This document shows, piece after piece, positions 41,209-50,728 of a DNA stretch of 64,000 nucleotides; position 1 is the stretch's first letter; each line of letters begins with the position of its first letter. The stretch is taken from assembly GCA_038867615.1 (NCBI GenBank), contig JAWBYA010000003.1:64001-128000 (forward strand). The letters are read 5' to 3'. Origin of the DNA: Sulfolobales archaeon. GTDB taxonomy: Archaea > Thermoproteota > Thermoprotei_A > Sulfolobales > AG1. The notes beneath the pieces are model-generated. The model had not been told where the DNA came from. It did not search any database and was given only the letters and a program-made list of their open reading frames with translations. A program made the translations under genes and the position numbers.

Positions 41209-41988
41209 TTAAAACACCAACCCTTCTTCAGAAGGATATCCAACGGGCATTATTAGAACAGGGATCTCTGATACACAATCCACTCCAAGCAGTTCACATA
41301 GCTCTTCCTCAAAGAAAGCGCCCACAGCACATGTCCCGAGACCAAGGATCCTTGACGCTATATAGAGGTTCTCACCAGCGAAACCAGCATCCAGTAGAGA
41401 ATACTTATAACCCCTAGAGCCGTATTTCCAAGCGGATCTAGCCCAGAATATAGTGATTATAATATCGATCGGTGCTTCTGCAACATGTTCCTGGTCGAGA
41501 GCTATTTCCGAGAGGGTCTTGCTATAATCACCTAGCTTTAAAGGATCGAGGGAGTGGTTGATAAAAATATACCTATAGATCCCCTGTGACAGGCCTTCCA
41601 CCTTGTTAGCCGATACATAGATCTCTACTGGCTGTAGGGCGCCAGCGCTTGGAAAAGCCCTCAGGGGATAGAGATCATGACCATATACGCCTTCCTCCCA
41701 TTTAGTTACGCCAAAGGCTATGTGGAGTAGTGAGGAGAGAACTCCAAGCTCTACTGGCTTGTTCTTAAAAGATCTGATAGATCTTCTGGTTAAAAGGATC
41801 TCTGAAGCGTCAACCTCTCTTGGTATTACAGGCTTTGGGAGAGCGATCTCCTTCCCACTGCCCTTGCGAAAACCAGGCATTGGTTCGATCCTATATACCA
41901 CTCCCCTCTCTATATAATTCCTTCTCAACCATGTGATCCTATCTAGCTTTATAATGCTACTATAATGCTTAGCTAACCATGAAACCAT
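41209..41988 (-). CDS. SagB/ThcOx-family FMN nitroreductase-like dehydrogenase
   Basis: [27 protein letters not shown]...[19 protein letters not shown]. Confidence 0.92.
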   Translation of the reverse strand: MVSWLAKHYSSIIKLDRITWLRRNYIERGVVYRIEPMPGFRKGSGKEIALPKPVIPREVDASEILLTRRSIRSFKNKPVELGVLSSLLHIAFGVTKWEEGVYGHDLYPLRAFPSAGALQPVEIYVSANKVEGLSQGIYRYIFINHSLDPLKLGDYSKTLSEIALDQEHVAEAPIDIIITIFWARSAWKYGSRGYKYSLLDAGFAGENLYIASRILGLGTCAVGAFFEEELCELLGVDCVSEIPVLIMPVGYPSEEGLVF

Positions 41989-42063
41989 ATATCCCCCGAA
42001 CTAAGCTTGGTGAGGGAGTAAAAAACAAAAAGGCACGTTGGGGTTATATTTAGCGGTTTATCT

Positions 42064-43725
42064 CTACTTCTCCTCTTCCTCTTTCTTCTCTTCCTTCTTA
42101 CCCTTCTCCTCGACTCCCTTGGATCTAGCAGCAGCTATAAGATCATCTATCCTCAGGATCAGGGAAGCCGCCTCTGTACCCGCCTTTATGGCATTAACTT
42201 TCACGCTTAGGGGCTCTATAACGCCGAGGCTCTTCATATCAGCTATATCTCCTCTGAACACATCGATCCCGTACCACCCGCTGGCATCCTTGTTCTTAGC
42301 CCTCAGCTTCATTATATAGTCAAGGGGATCTAGGCCAGCGTTCTCTATAAGGGTTATCACCAGCCCCTCTATAGCTGATGCGAACGCCTCTATAGCTAGT
42401 GACTCCTTACCACCAACCTTTGTTGCATAGTCCCTCAGATACATCGCGAGCTTTATCTCAGTAGCTCCACCGCCGTAGAGAACCCTGCCATCCCTTATCG
42501 CGTCTGCAACAGCGCTCATAGAATCTCTAAGGCTTCTTTCAGCCTCGTCGACAAGTCTTTCAAGACCTGCTCTTAGCAATATGCTAACGCTCCTCGGGTT
42601 CTTGGTTCCCTCAACAAAGACCATCTTATCCTCGCCGATCTTTCTCTCCTCAACAAGCTCTGCATAGCCTAGATCCTTCTCTGTTAGATCCTCTATATTG
42701 CTAACAATTCTTCCTCCTGTTGCTCTCTCGAGCTTCTCCATATCGCTCCTCTTAACCCTCCTAACAGCAAGTATACCCTTCTTAGCCAGGAAGTGCTGGG
42801 CAACATCATCAATACCCTTCTGGCAGATAACAACATTAGCACCAACAGCAGCGATCTTATCAACATAGTTCTTCAATATATTCTCCTCTTCTTCGAGGAA
42901 TTTCTTCATTTGGAGAGGATCGTTGATCCTTATCTCGGCATCTATCTCGGGCTTCTCGATCTCGAGGGGAGCGTCTAGAAGCACTATCCTAGCATTTGTA
43001 ACCCTCTTAGGCATCCCTGGATGGACAACCTCTTTATCGAGGATAACGCCATATACTAGCTTGGAGTCTGCTAAACCAGCGCCGTGCTTCTTAACCACCT
43101 GCACGTTATCGAGATCTATATACCACCTTCCATCTCTATTCTCAGCTACGGTTCTAACCGCTTTGACAGAGATATCGGCTAGATACTCCCTAGCTCCATG
43201 CACGGCCTTGCTTGTTAGGGATGTTATAGCTACTCTCCTCAGTATATTCTCATCATTTATATCGATCGGCTCTGAGATCTTGCGGAGATACTCAGCTGCA
43301 GCCTCCATAGCTCTCTTATAACCTGAAACAATTAATGTTGGATGGATCTCTTTTAACAGGAGCTCCTCAGCCTGCTTGAGAAGCTCCCCGGCAAATATAA
43401 CAGCTGTTTTTGTCCCATCACCTACCTCTTCATCCTGTCCCTTAGCTATCTGGACAAGCATCTTAGCAGCAGGGTGCTGTAGATCCATCTTATCAAGTAT
43501 TGTTGCACCGTCGTTAGTTATAGTTATATCGCCTAGAGAGTCTACAAGCATCTTATCCATACCGCGAGGACCGTAGGCCGTCCTCAGCATGTCAGCAACA
43601 GCTATTGCTGCCATCATGTTCGTTCTCAGCGCGTCTCTTCCAACTGTCCTGGTACTACCCTCTTTCAGTATTATTACTGGTATTCCAGCAGGCTCCATAT
43701 ACTGTGCAACCATTTCAAGCACCAC
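42064..43725 (-). CDS. thsB: Thermosome (group II chaperonin) subunit, beta-type
   Basis: [56 protein letters not shown]. Confidence 0.95.
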   Translation of the reverse strand: MVLEMVAQYMEPAGIPVIILKEGSTRTVGRDALRTNMMAAIAVADMLRTAYGPRGMDKMLVDSLGDITITNDGATILDKMDLQHPAAKMLVQIAKGQDEEVGDGTKTAVIFAGELLKQAEELLLKEIHPTLIVSGYKRAMEAAAEYLRKISEPIDINDENILRRVAITSLTSKAVHGAREYLADISVKAVRTVAENRDGRWYIDLDNVQVVKKHGAGLADSKLVYGVILDKEVVHPGMPKRVTNARIVLLDAPLEIEKPEIDAEIRINDPLQMKKFLEEEENILKNYVDKIAAVGANVVICQKGIDDVAQHFLAKKGILAVRRVKRSDMEKLERATGGRIVSNIEDLTEKDLGYAELVEERKIGEDKMVFVEGTKNPRSVSILLRAGLERLVDEAERSLRDSMSAVADAIRDGRVLYGGGATEIKLAMYLRDYATKVGGKESLAIEAFASAIEGLVITLIENAGLDPLDYIMKLRAKNKDASGWYGIDVFRGDIADMKSLGVIEPLSVKVNAIKAGTEAASLILRIDDLIAAARSKGVEEKGKKEEKKEEEEK

Positions 43726-43822
43726 AAGTAGAATTGCAGGGGTTCTATATAAGCTTTTACATGTGGATTGATCTATGCCAGATATATATCTCCGAACTCA
43801 ACCACAGTTAGGAGGATATAAC

Positions 43823-44062
43823 ATGGGGAAGGTTAGGACAGGGCCTGTGAAAAGGATCTCTAGAGAGCTTTTGGAGAAATACCCAGATCTATTTACCACG
43901 GATTTTCAGAAAAATAAAGAGGCTTTGAAGAGCATCCTAAACATAGAGAGTAAGAAGCTGAGGAACCAGATCGCAGGATACATAACACACCTAATAAAAG
44001 TGAGGCAGAAAGCCGAAGCCCAAGGAGAAAGAAGTGTGGAGAGAGAAGAACTGATCGAGTAG
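43823..44062 (+). CDS. rps17e: 30S ribosomal protein S17e
   Basis: MGKVRT..VKR, FTTDFQKNK, SKKLRNQIAGYITH; SD GGAGGA. Confidence 0.96.
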   Translation: MGKVRTGPVKRISRELLEKYPDLFTTDFQKNKEALKSILNIESKKLRNQIAGYITHLIKVRQKAEAQGERSVEREELIE

Positions 44063-44076
44063 AGAGGGCGGGAGAC

Positions 44077-44364
44077 CTGAGAATAAGGCTCTTTGGATCC
44101 TTAAAAGTATATTCTGGGAAAGACGAGCTTGTAATAAAGATAGATGGAAAAGTAAAGCTAAGAGATCTTCTAGCAAACCTAGTTAAACTCGAGCCCTCTC
44201 TATCAAGGGCTATAGAGGTTGATGGGAGGGTGAAGCCTGGATACCTGGTCTTTATAAACGATGCCGATTATATGGTTTACCAAGGGTTAGATACAGAGGT
44301 GAGTGATGACGATATTATAACGTTAATGCCCATAAGCCATGGGGGATCCCCACGCCACGTATAG
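44077..44364 (+). CDS. Urm1/SAMP-type ubiquitin-like beta-grasp protein; CTG start; GG followed by an SPRHV extension (not in the ORF track)
   Basis: (M)RIRLFGSLK...RVKPGYLVFINDAD...LDTEVSDDDIITLMPISHGG-SPRHV*. SD-like GAGGGCGGGA upstream; rps17e-Ubl-cgi121 context. Confidence 0.9.
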   Translation: MRIRLFGSLKVYSGKDELVIKIDGKVKLRDLLANLVKLEPSLSRAIEVDGRVKPGYLVFINDADYMVYQGLDTEVSDDDIITLMPISHGGSPRHV

Positions 44365-44921
44365 AGGAAGAGGTAAGGATATATAGGGAGAATTTAGAGG
44401 AGCTGGAGAGGAGGTGTAGGGTCGAATATTATAGAGCATATGGGGGAAAGGAGTTAGTAGCATCTATAGAGAGGATCCTTGGTGAGGAGTGTGGTAGAGA
44501 TTCCTATTTCATAGTGTTTAGAGAGGGATTACTAATAAGCCCCCGTGTAGCTATAGCCGCTGTTGCAAGAACAGAGAGGGTGAAGAGAAGATCTAGACTG
44601 ATAGCCAGGAAACCTTCTATAGAGCTCCTTCTAAGGATCCTTGGGGAAAGGAATATATCAGAGGTTCTCAAGAAGATCGGATCCATCGATGTTGGGGAAA
44701 AAAACATAGTGGTTATAAACTGTACCGAGTGTGCTACAAACAGGCTAAAGAGCATGTTGGAAAGCATAAGCCCTGGTGAAGAGGCAATGAAAAACGGGTT
44801 GAGAGGTATAGCAAGGCTGTGCCTGGAGAAAGAGGATGTGTATAGTGATAATGGTGAAACCTTAGAGGATCTGGAGAAGCTTGTCATAAGCTGTGGGATC
44901 TCTCTGGAGTTTGAAGAATAG
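44361..44921 (+). CDS. cgi121: KEOPS complex subunit Cgi121-like protein; start uncertain
   Basis: IARKPSIELLLRILGERNISEVLKKIG matches the Cgi121 motif. The frame is open from 44310, but the first canonical start is GTG 44514. Confidence 0.72.
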   Translation: MEEEVRIYRENLEELERRCRVEYYRAYGGKELVASIERILGEECGRDSYFIVFREGLLISPRVAIAAVARTERVKRRSRLIARKPSIELLLRILGERNISEVLKKIGSIDVGEKNIVVINCTECATNRLKSMLESISPGEEAMKNGLRGIARLCLEKEDVYSDNGETLEDLEKLVISCGISLEFEE

Positions 44922-45006
44922 ATCCTGGTAATAATAACTAACAAACCAGGCTAAGGTTGTAGGTTAAATATATATCACCCATCACTATAACTATTTAGGG
45001 CTTACT

Positions 45007-45186
45007 ATGAGCGTAAAGAAGAAGAAGAGGGAGGGTCCAGGACCGGCTACAGCTGCTGGTCTCGTCTCTTTCTACAAGGATGTCGAGCCAACGGTTCAGA
45101 TCAAACCCCTCCTAGTTATTCTGATCTCAGCCGCGTTCGCCATAGGGATCTTCATCCTAAGGCTCTTCATAAACCCCTTTGGATAG
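45007..45186 (+). CDS. secG: Preprotein translocase subunit Sec61beta (not in the ORF track)
   Basis: MSVKKKKREGPGPATAAGLVSFYKD...IKPLLVIL followed by a single TM helix; 59 aa. Confidence 0.92.
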   Translation: MSVKKKKREGPGPATAAGLVSFYKDVEPTVQIKPLLVILISAAFAIGIFILRLFINPFG

Positions 45187-45187
45187 A

Positions 45188-45610
45188 ATGGATAGGGTAG
45201 CTCTTTTGTCATCGCCGCACGAGATAATAAGTGAGGCTTTAAGGATAGCTAGGGGCGGTGATATAAGGAGAGCATTACAGATAATCCTCCCCCTCATACC
45301 CCCGGGAGAGGACTATGGTGTGGAGCTCGCATCAACACCGAATCTATCCTACTACATAGATAGGGGAGGGCTTATCTCTATAAGTAAGAGGCTTGAGGAG
45401 GGCATACCTTATATGATGTCTGTTTCGAGAAGAATAGCGTGGGATCTTCTGCCTAGCTGGGTGCTTGAGGAGTTGGATTTTTGCAGAATCTTGAAGGATC
45501 TAGCCAGGATCAATGCTGAGTGGCTTGCAAGGGAGGGAAGAGCCCATCCCCACACAAAGGTTGCTCGCGAAATCACTTCTATCAATATTGATGAGGTATG
45601 TAATGAATAG
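45188..45610 (+). CDS. Hypothetical protein
   Basis: ATG lies 1 nt after the Sec61beta stop; tightly packed in the operon. Confidence 0.65.
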   Translation: MDRVALLSSPHEIISEALRIARGGDIRRALQIILPLIPPGEDYGVELASTPNLSYYIDRGGLISISKRLEEGIPYMMSVSRRIAWDLLPSWVLEELDFCRILKDLARINAEWLAREGRAHPHTKVAREITSINIDEVCNE

Positions 45611-45619
45611 GGAGTAATC

Positions 45620-46234
45620 TTGGCATGTAGAGTGATAGCTATATCTGGAACACCCGGGGTTGGGAAAAGTACCATAGCAAATATTGTCTCTAGAATCCTT
45701 AACGCCGAGGTTATAGATCTATCAGAGCTTGTTATAAAGAAACGTCTATACTCTGACTATGATGAGAAGAGAAAGAGCTATATAGTGGATGAAGCTCTCG
45801 TTAAAAAAGAGCTGGGAACCATGATCTCTCGGTGTGGTGATGGGGGGGAATACCTGATCGTTGAGGGGCATTATGCCGAGATCGTTGATGACAAGGATCT
45901 GGAGATCCTCGTGGTGCTCAGAATAGATCCCCGAGAGCTTGTGAAGAGACTATGCATGAGGGGGTGGAGTTTAGAGAAAAGCCTTGAGAATGGAGAGGCT
46001 GAGTATCTAGGAATATGCCTCAGCAATGCGTTTGAAGAGCATCCGAGGGAAAAGGTGTGTGAGATAGACGTAACCAGAGAGGATCCCGAGCTTGTTGCTA
46101 GAAGGATCGTGGATCTCGTCAGAAGCAGGATTAAATGTGAGCCCTATATAGATTGGACAGCATCCATAGATCCTGGAGAACTGTGGGAAACAGCTACAAG
46201 ATATTGTGCTAGAGATATGGGGGAAAGGCAGTGA
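45620..46234 (+). CDS. AK6/Fap7-type adenylate kinase
   Basis: ISGTPGVGKST, IVEGH, VLR.DP..L.KRL..RGW...K..EN.EAE. Confidence 0.92.
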   Translation: MACRVIAISGTPGVGKSTIANIVSRILNAEVIDLSELVIKKRLYSDYDEKRKSYIVDEALVKKELGTMISRCGDGGEYLIVEGHYAEIVDDKDLEILVVLRIDPRELVKRLCMRGWSLEKSLENGEAEYLGICLSNAFEEHPREKVCEIDVTREDPELVARRIVDLVRSRIKCEPYIDWTASIDPGELWETATRYCARDMGERQ

Positions 46235-46581
46235 AAACAACGAGGAAGCATAGAAGGGATAGATTTGGAAGAGATGTTAGGAAGGAGATCCTATACACAC
46301 TTTTAATGCTGATCCCCCCAGGCTTGGTAACCACATACGGCTCTTTGGCCAGGCTTGTGGGTCTAAACCCACGAGTTGTTGGAAGGCTCCTTTCAGAGAA
46401 TAAGAATATCATCATCGTACCATGCCACCGGGTTGTCAGAAGCGATGGTAGCCTTGGAGGATATTCATCGGGGGGTGTGAATGTGAAGAAAAGACTTCTA
46501 GAGATTGAGGGTGTTAGGTTTAATGGGGAAAGAGTTGATCGTGGGTGTATAATAGATCTGGCAGCCGTGTTGATACAGTGA
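46231..46581 (+). CDS. ogt: Methylated-DNA--protein-cysteine methyltransferase
   Basis: IPPGLVTTYG.LA, PRVVG, PCHRVV active site, LGGY, LLEIEG. Confidence 0.93.
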   Translation: MKTTRKHRRDRFGRDVRKEILYTLLMLIPPGLVTTYGSLARLVGLNPRVVGRLLSENKNIIIVPCHRVVRSDGSLGGYSSGGVNVKKRLLEIEGVRFNGERVDRGCIIDLAAVLIQ

Positions 46582-46592
46582 TTTAGAGGATT

Positions 46593-46619
46593 TGCGTTAC
46601 CAAAAAACGGTAACGATCA
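46593..46619 (+). repeat. Left copy of a perfect 27-bp inverted repeat (internally palindromic, 7-7-7)
   Basis: TGCGTTACCAAAAAACGGTAACGATCA is the exact reverse complement of 48037-48063. Confidence 0.95.
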
Positions 46620-46763
46620 TAAGATCCGTGTTACTCTGCTAGGACATATATGGCCTATCTCTAATAACCCTCATCCACACTGTTCACTAATACTTGATGC
46701 CTTCATATCCGTAAAGGTGTTTCCACACCATCCGGGCCGGGTATAGAACCACGTAATAACCAA

Positions 46764-47213
46764 TCATCTCGAGCCTGTAATTCCGAAAAACATGAGGATC
46801 ACACCGAGAACAATTCCGAGCACGTTTACACCGAGATCTTCGGATCTCCCTATTACTAATGGGGATCTGTAGTAATTACTCTTAAATGGGTATAGGAGAG
46901 CCACACCCCTATACGTCATCATATCACCCAAAAGGTGTGAAAGATATCCGAGAAAAAAGCTGGTGGGTATTATCATTGGGATCTTTAGATATAGGCTTGC
47001 TATAAAGAATAGCGATGAGAAGAAAACCAAGAAGAAGATGTTGTGGAGAATCTTCCTATGCCCCCTCCTCCTATCAAGATCGGGAAATACCGACCCTATA
47101 CCTCCTCCTAACACTATGAGTGGGATCTGGATTGCCTGCAATGTGGGGAATAGCCTAGATATTATGAAGATAGAAACACCAACACCTAGTATTATATGGG
47201 CCGCGCGGTTCAA
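46764..47213 (-). CDS. YdjM/LexA-binding-like inner-membrane metal-dependent hydrolase
   Basis: N-terminal H, GS.FPDLD...HR..LHN, GYLSHLLGD..T..GV.LLYPF. Confidence 0.88.
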   Translation of the reverse strand: MNRAAHIILGVGVSIFIISRLFPTLQAIQIPLIVLGGGIGSVFPDLDRRRGHRKILHNIFFLVFFSSLFFIASLYLKIPMIIPTSFFLGYLSHLLGDMMTYRGVALLYPFKSNYYRSPLVIGRSEDLGVNVLGIVLGVILMFFGITGSR

Positions 47214-47702
47214 ACTCTCACCGCAAGACTATATATAACACGGGTTAGATTAACCATTGTTTTCGCCGTTCTTAATAACAATCTATATCTGTGGATCTCC
47301 GCCCGCGATCCCTTACACATATATTAAATATTACGTTTCGTTGAACATGAATCTGTAAGATCCATTAGTTGGTCATGGGCGATATATTGCTGAGCTTAGC
47401 AACACGCCATAAATACTAGAAAAAGAGATAAAGAGATCCTGAGAACCAGATAGGAGTCCCAGATGCCAAGTGCTTTTATTGTAGGATCACACTCTAGCAA
47501 CCCTGCGGGTCGATGGGGTTAAACACTAACAACAAACCCTTTGGTTTCCTATGCAGCCCACCATAATCCCACAGAGATCTGTTAGAAACACATGATGATC
47601 CATAAAAATGCGGAGAACAACCCGTACCCCACACCCCTCTACTTCGCATGGAGCCTGGGCAAGACTAGGAAGTGTTTAAAGCATATCTGATGAAGCCTAT
47701 GA

Positions 47703-48035
47703 GTGGTAAAAATGGTGTCCCAGAGAGGAGTAATAAGTGTTCACGATGAAATGCTGGAGACTGTAAAAAAGATCTATAGGTTTGCAAGGGTTCTAAAGGT
47801 TCTCGAAAAAGGACCTCTGTACACAAGAGAACTTCTCAATATTATGAATAGCTGGGGAGAGACCTTTGAACTTTTAAAGGAAATGAGCAGGCTCGAACTT
47901 ATAGAAAGATATAGGAGCAGATGTGGAGAAACAATTAACAGGATATGTGTATATAATAGGATAACAGGTAAAGGAAAAGAGTTTCTCTTTCTCATTGATA
48001 GGTTGTTAGAGATTATCCATACAGATGACAGATGA
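47703..48035 (+). CDS. Small winged helix-turn-helix protein
   Basis: VLKVLEKGPLYTREL...L.EM..LELIER...VYNRITGKGKEFL. Confidence 0.75.
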   Translation: MVKMVSQRGVISVHDEMLETVKKIYRFARVLKVLEKGPLYTRELLNIMNSWGETFELLKEMSRLELIERYRSRCGETINRICVYNRITGKGKEFLFLIDRLLEIIHTDDR

Positions 48036-48036
48036 T

Positions 48037-48063
48037 TGATCGTTACCGTTTTTTGGTAACGCA
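48037..48063 (-). repeat. Right copy of the perfect 27-bp inverted repeat
   Basis: TGATCGTTACCGTTTTTTGGTAACGCA. Confidence 0.95.
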
Positions 48064-48189
48064 CCCGCTTGTACTATGAAACCAAATCTCTCCATGCGAA
48101 ACAAAGGGGTGGGTGTATATCATAACACATCTTTAACTCTCTTAATTGGCGCGATATTCACTCCTATGGAACACTAGCTCAACACCTGG

Positions 48190-48939
48190 TTATGGATAAT
48201 GATCCACCCCTTGGTTTCCTATGGAGACCACCTCAATCCCACCCCTTGGTTTGAACACCTTCACAGAACCGCCCAGCATCCCCACAACAACCTCATACCC
48301 GTTGTAGGGGAATATCCCCGTTGACACTACACCCTCTATGCTTCTCAAGATCCTATCAACCTCTTCGGGATTTCTCAGGGGCCCGGTTTTTACATCCACC
48401 ACGATGTTACCGTTATCTGTTATCACAGGGCCTAGCTTTGACTGAGACTCTCTATAGCTTGCCTCATAGCCCAGTTTCCTCAACTCTCGCATAACATAAT
48501 ATAGTGAATATACCTCTACCTCCAGGGGTACGGGTTTTGTGCTACCCAGCATTTCTACAAGCTTTGTCTCATCAGCAATAATGATTCTCCTTCGAGAGCT
48601 CAGCATAGCTATTTTCTCCCTGAAGAGGGCTGCTCCTCCTCCCTTTAAGAGGTTTAGCCTAGTATCTATTTCATCTGCACTATCCACATATATATCGATA
48701 TCCTCGGGGCATATTGCTGTCTCTATATTCTTTGCACCAGCTTTCCTCAGAACTATACTAGTGTCAAGACTTGTTGATATATATCTATACATATTGATAA
48801 TACCTCTTCTAGATAGCTCTTCTATGAATAGCTTCACAGTAGATCCACTTCCCATAGCTATGCTACAGCTAGTACAGCCTTCAATAAGGTCTACTGCATA
48901 GATCGAGGCTCTCCTCCTAGCCTCCAGTTTGGAATCCAT
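48190..48939 (-). CDS. rpiA: Ribose-5-phosphate isomerase A
   Basis: GSGSTV, DSADEID, KGGGAALFREK, IADETK, TDNGN. Confidence 0.95.
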   Translation of the reverse strand: MDSKLEARRRASIYAVDLIEGCTSCSIAMGSGSTVKLFIEELSRRGIINMYRYISTSLDTSIVLRKAGAKNIETAICPEDIDIYVDSADEIDTRLNLLKGGGAALFREKIAMLSSRRRIIIADETKLVEMLGSTKPVPLEVEVYSLYYVMRELRKLGYEASYRESQSKLGPVITDNGNIVVDVKTGPLRNPEEVDRILRSIEGVVSTGIFPYNGYEVVVGMLGGSVKVFKPRGGIEVVSIGNQGVDHYP

Positions 48940-49143
48940 TATCCCCCCTGCTTATAATTCCCATCTGTCCTGGATATTCCTTTGCTTTAGTGCTCTTTAT
49001 ATCCATGGGCCCAACCCTGCTCATAGGGATCTTGAGATCCCTTGGGTTCAAGACTATTGATCCAGCATGATAATGTCACCAACTAGGATAAGCCCTAGAC
49101 AGCTTGAAGCCCACTCATAAAAACGATCACTAATCAATAACTA

Positions 49144-49190
49144 CCCCTGGGTCGGGCTTCATAGTTGTTGGTATAAAACACCAACCGTTT
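49144..49190 (-). mobile_element. Second copy of the hairpin-CTATGAAGCCCGA element (possible IS200/IS605 end remnant)
   Basis: The minus strand reads CGGTTGGTGTTTTATACCAACAA-CTATGAAGCCCGA-CCC and shares an exact 13-mer and the GGTTG..CAAC hairpin with 30588-30634. Confidence 0.4.
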
Positions 49191-49309
49191 TCCTCGACTC
49201 CCCAGGCCTCCACACGTTCGAAGCGATCCCATACTGGGTTTTCCTTCATCACCTTGCCTTGGTTCATTGTTGTAGGAATGTGTATCGGTGTTATATAACT
49301 CTTCGTCTA

Positions 49310-49331
49310 TGCGTTACTAGAAAACAGTAAC
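49310..49331 (+). repeat. Diverged third copy of the GTTAC...GTAAC palindrome
   Basis: TGCGTTACTAGAAAACAGTAAC is 19/22 identical to 46593-46614, with a compensatory C:G to T:A change. Confidence 0.75.
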
Positions 49332-49400
49332 TCAAACGGATCTATGATTGGCATTATTGCTAAAAAGCTTCCAAGATATGGTATATTAGGACACTTATAG

Positions 49401-50657
49401 GTGGTGATGATGAAGTATGTGATCAAAGCTAGGATAGAGATCGAGGGTAATGTTGATAAGCCTGACATTATTGGGGCTATATTTGGTCAAACAGAGGGTC
49501 TCTTCGGACAGGAGCTGGATCTAAGGGTTCTGCAGGAGAGGGGAAGGATTGGAAGGATCTATGTGGAGACAAAGACCCATGGGAACAAAGTCGTGGGAGA
49601 GATCCTTGTCCCATCAAACCTTGACAGGGTTGAGACAGCCCTTGTAGCTGCAATGATCGAGAGTATCGATAAGGTTGGTCCCTATAACGCGAAGGTTCAG
49701 ATCACAGATATAGTTGATATGAGGGTTGAGAGGATAAAAAAGATCGTTGAGAGGGCTAAGGAAATACTTAACAGATGGGCTAAGGAGAGAACACCGGATC
49801 TTAAACAGATAATAGACGAGATCGAGTCCAGCGTAAAGATCCCAGAACCAATCCTCTACGGGCCTGAGAAGCTCACAGCAGGCCCGGATGTTGATAGTAG
49901 CGACACACTCATTGTTGTAGAGGGAAGGGCCGACGTGATAAACATGCTGAGGTATGGTTATAAAAACGTAATATCGATAGAAGGAGCCCAGGGAAGGGTT
50001 CCTGAAAGCGTGGCTAAGCTATCCCAGAAAAAGACAGTCATAGCCTTTGTTGACGGTGATAGAGGGGGCGACATGATCCTAAAGACACTTCTCAGATCAA
50101 TTAAGGTTGACTATATAGCGAGAGCCCCCCAGGGTAAGGAGGTTGAACAGCTAACTGGTAAAGAGATAGAGAAGGCCCTTAAGAACATGATCCCGGCATC
50201 TGAGTATTTGAAGCAATTACAGGAGAAGAAGGAACAGGTTGAAGAGGTGCAGAAACCTGCTGAGGAGAGGCTCGAAGCTCAGGAACCTATCGAGACAGGG
50301 GAGAAGATCCAGAGGGTGAGTCAGGCTGAGCAGGCCTCGCTCGAGGTTATGACAGAGATCCCTGGCAAAATAGTTGAGGATGCTAAGAACCTCGTAGGAA
50401 CCCTCACAGGGATCTTCTACGACGCGTCCTGGAATCCGTTGGAAAAGGTGACTGTTAGAGAGCTCTTTGACAAGCTATTAGCTAAAGAGCCTGGGAGTGT
50501 ATATGCTGTGGTGTTTGATGGTATAATAACACAGAGGATCGTGGATCTGGCGAGGGAGAAAAAGATACGCCTCCTTGTGGGCGTAAGGGTAGGATCTCTT
50601 TCAGGAAAACCAGGCGACGTAGGTCTACTCACGTTTAGCGATATAGGGATCATGTGA
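49401..50657 (+). CDS. dnaG: Archaeal DnaG (TOPRIM protein, exosome-associated)
   Basis: VDKPDIIGAIFGQTEGL, IVVEGRADV, FVDGDRGG, FDGIITQR. Confidence 0.97.
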   Translation: MVMMKYVIKARIEIEGNVDKPDIIGAIFGQTEGLFGQELDLRVLQERGRIGRIYVETKTHGNKVVGEILVPSNLDRVETALVAAMIESIDKVGPYNAKVQITDIVDMRVERIKKIVERAKEILNRWAKERTPDLKQIIDEIESSVKIPEPILYGPEKLTAGPDVDSSDTLIVVEGRADVINMLRYGYKNVISIEGAQGRVPESVAKLSQKKTVIAFVDGDRGGDMILKTLLRSIKVDYIARAPQGKEVEQLTGKEIEKALKNMIPASEYLKQLQEKKEQVEEVQKPAEERLEAQEPIETGEKIQRVSQAEQASLEVMTEIPGKIVEDAKNLVGTLTGIFYDASWNPLEKVTVRELFDKLLAKEPGSVYAVVFDGIITQRIVDLAREKKIRLLVGVRVGSLSGKPGDVGLLTFSDIGIM

Positions 50658-50728
50658 AGCTACACACGGTCACCTCGCTTTCTTCTTTCAACATTGATCT
50701 AGAGATATTAAGTAAATATCATAACAAA

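Noticed and set aside
32015-41988. Possible RiPP cluster (TldD/PmbA, PqqD-like RRE and SagB-like dehydrogenase within 10 kb)
   Set aside because: The genes sit in different transcription units interleaved with housekeeping genes, and no YcaO, radical SAM or precursor peptide was found.
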